A stretch of DNA of 24,000 nucleotides. Source: Cronobacter dublinensis subsp. dublinensis LMG 23823. Lineage in GTDB: Bacteria > Pseudomonadota > Gammaproteobacteria > Enterobacterales > Enterobacteriaceae. The notes beneath the pieces are model-generated. The model saw nothing but the letters and a program-made list of their open reading frames with translations. It was not told where the DNA came from and did no database searches. Location of the stretch: assembly GCF_001277235.1 (NCBI RefSeq), contig NZ_CP012266.1, positions 4,211,398-4,235,397 of the forward strand, in the 5' to 3' direction. Below, one piece after another: positions 23,094-24,000 of this stretch (within the stretch, counting starts at the first letter, position 1; the number at the start of each line of letters is the position of its first letter). Both the position numbers and the translations under genes were made by a program.

Positions 23094-24000
23094 ATGACCA
23101 CGCCGGAGCAGCCTGCAAAACGCCCGACTGAAGATTTGAAATATCAGCCTGTCCCGCAGCTGGACACCCGCCCGCAAGAGAAGAAAACCGACGACAAACC
23201 CGCAGAGGGCGTTATCGGCACGGTGAAAGAGAAAGTGGAACAAGTGGAGCGTCGTCCGGCGGTCGCCCATCTGCTCCGCGCTTTTGAGCGTTTTAACGAG
23301 CGCATGGGCAACCAGTTTGGGGCCGCCATTACCTATTTTTCGTTTTTATCGATGATCCCGGTGCTGATGGTGACTTTCGCGGTAGCGGGCTTTATCCTCG
23401 CCTCGCACCCGACGCTGCTGCAGGATCTCTTCAATAAAATCCTGCAAAGCGTGAGCGATCCGACGCTTGCCAAAACGCTCAGCAGCAGTATTAACGCGGC
23501 GGTGGAGCAGCGCACCACGGTCGGCATCGTCGGGTTCGCCGTCGCGCTCTATTCCGGCGTTAACTGGATGGGCTATCTGCGCGAGGCGATCCGCGCCCAG
23601 TTTCGTGACGACTGGGAACGCGGCGCCGTTGAGGATAAAGAAAAGTTCTGGGTGAAGTACCTGCGCGATTTTATCTCGCTGATTGGGCTGCTGGTGGCGC
23701 TGGCCATTACGATGTCGATTACGTCCGTGGCGGGCTCGGCGCAGGAAACCATCATTCGCCTGCTGCATCTGGACGCCATCGGCTGGCTGAAGCCGGTCTG
23801 GCATCTGATTGGCCTTGCCGTCTCCTTCTGCGCTAACTATTTGCTGTTCTTTTGGATCTTCTGGCGTCTGCCGCGCCATCGCCCGCGTAAAAAAGCGCTG
23901 CTGCGTGGCACCGTGATCGCCGCTATCGGCTTTGAGGTTATCAAAATCATCATGACCTACACTCTGCCGTCGCTGGTGAAATCGCCGTCCGGCGCGGCAT
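23094..24000 (+). CDS. yhjD: Inner membrane protein YhjD (YihY/BrkB family), 5' portion running off the window
   Basis: This is absent from the ORF track because there is no stop in the window. The ATG at 23094 opens a frame that stays open to nt 24000. LRAFERFNERMGNQFGAAITYFSFLSMIPVLMV...FWVKYLRDFISLIGLL...NYLLFFWIFWRLPRHRPRKKALLRGT...GFEVIKIIMTYTLPSLVKSPSGAA matches E. coli YhjD closely. Confidence 0.9.
   Translation, partial: MTTPEQPAKRPTEDLKYQPVPQLDTRPQEKKTDDKPAEGVIGTVKEKVEQVERRPAVAHLLRAFERFNERMGNQFGAAITYFSFLSMIPVLMVTFAVAGFILASHPTLLQDLFNKILQSVSDPTLAKTLSSSINAAVEQRTTVGIVGFAVALYSGVNWMGYLREAIRAQFRDDWERGAVEDKEKFWVKYLRDFISLIGLLVALAITMSITSVAGSAQETIIRLLHLDAIGWLKPVWHLIGLAVSFCANYLLFFWIFWRLPRHRPRKKALLRGTVIAAIGFEVIKIIMTYTLPSLVKSPSGAA

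Noticed and set aside
1-24000. I searched the whole window for CRISPR arrays, tRNA/rRNA genes, IS elements, transposases, integrases, prophage genes, toxin-antitoxin pairs and long direct repeats.
   Set aside because: I recognised none. There are no regularly spaced repeats, no cloverleaf-like GC-rich ~75-nt units in the intergenic regions, no DDE or tyrosine-recombinase-like ORFs, and no small adjacent ORF pairs outside the annotated genes. This was a visual scan only, so short or degenerate elements could have been missed.

Overview
This is a chromosomal segment from a GC-rich member of the Enterobacteriaceae; I cannot name the genus from sequence alone. The window has four parts.

- **1-4963:** the distal end of an aryl-polyene (APE)-type type II fatty-acid-synthase-like cluster. 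It holds an exporter tail, a DUF3261-like lipoprotein, a ketosynthase (KS), a hotdog dehydratase, a FabG-like reductase and a second KS. These genes are tightly translationally coupled and are followed directly by the phosphopantetheinyl transferase gene acpT.
- **4964-8631:** a three-gene insert between acpT and yhiN. It encodes a secreted NlpC/P60 peptidase, plus an operon pairing a glutamine-synthetase-family ligase with a divergent OtsA-like GT20 protein. The GT20 protein appears to have lost several nucleotide-sugar-binding residues.
- **8632-18112:** a conserved core block collinear with E. coli K-12: yhiN, pitA, uspB, uspA, rsmJ, prlC, rlmJ, gor. dtpB is absent. A near-consensus sigma32 promoter lies upstream of prlC.
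- **18113-22141:** a variable locus between gor and yhjC-yhjD. It carries an orphan 534-aa membrane-anchored protein with a Swt1-like HEPN-type domain whose catalytic His position reads Leu. It also carries a GNAT acetyltransferase, an inverted REP pair, a YgiW/YdeI-like OB-fold periplasmic protein, and an SDR gene divergent from the LysR regulator yhjC.

I found no tRNA, rRNA, CRISPR array, transposase or integrase. The most plausible undescribed candidates are the orphan HEPN-like/TM/ankyrin-like protein and the GS-like + degenerate-GT20 pair. Both assignments rest on by-eye motif recognition and need profile and structure searches.
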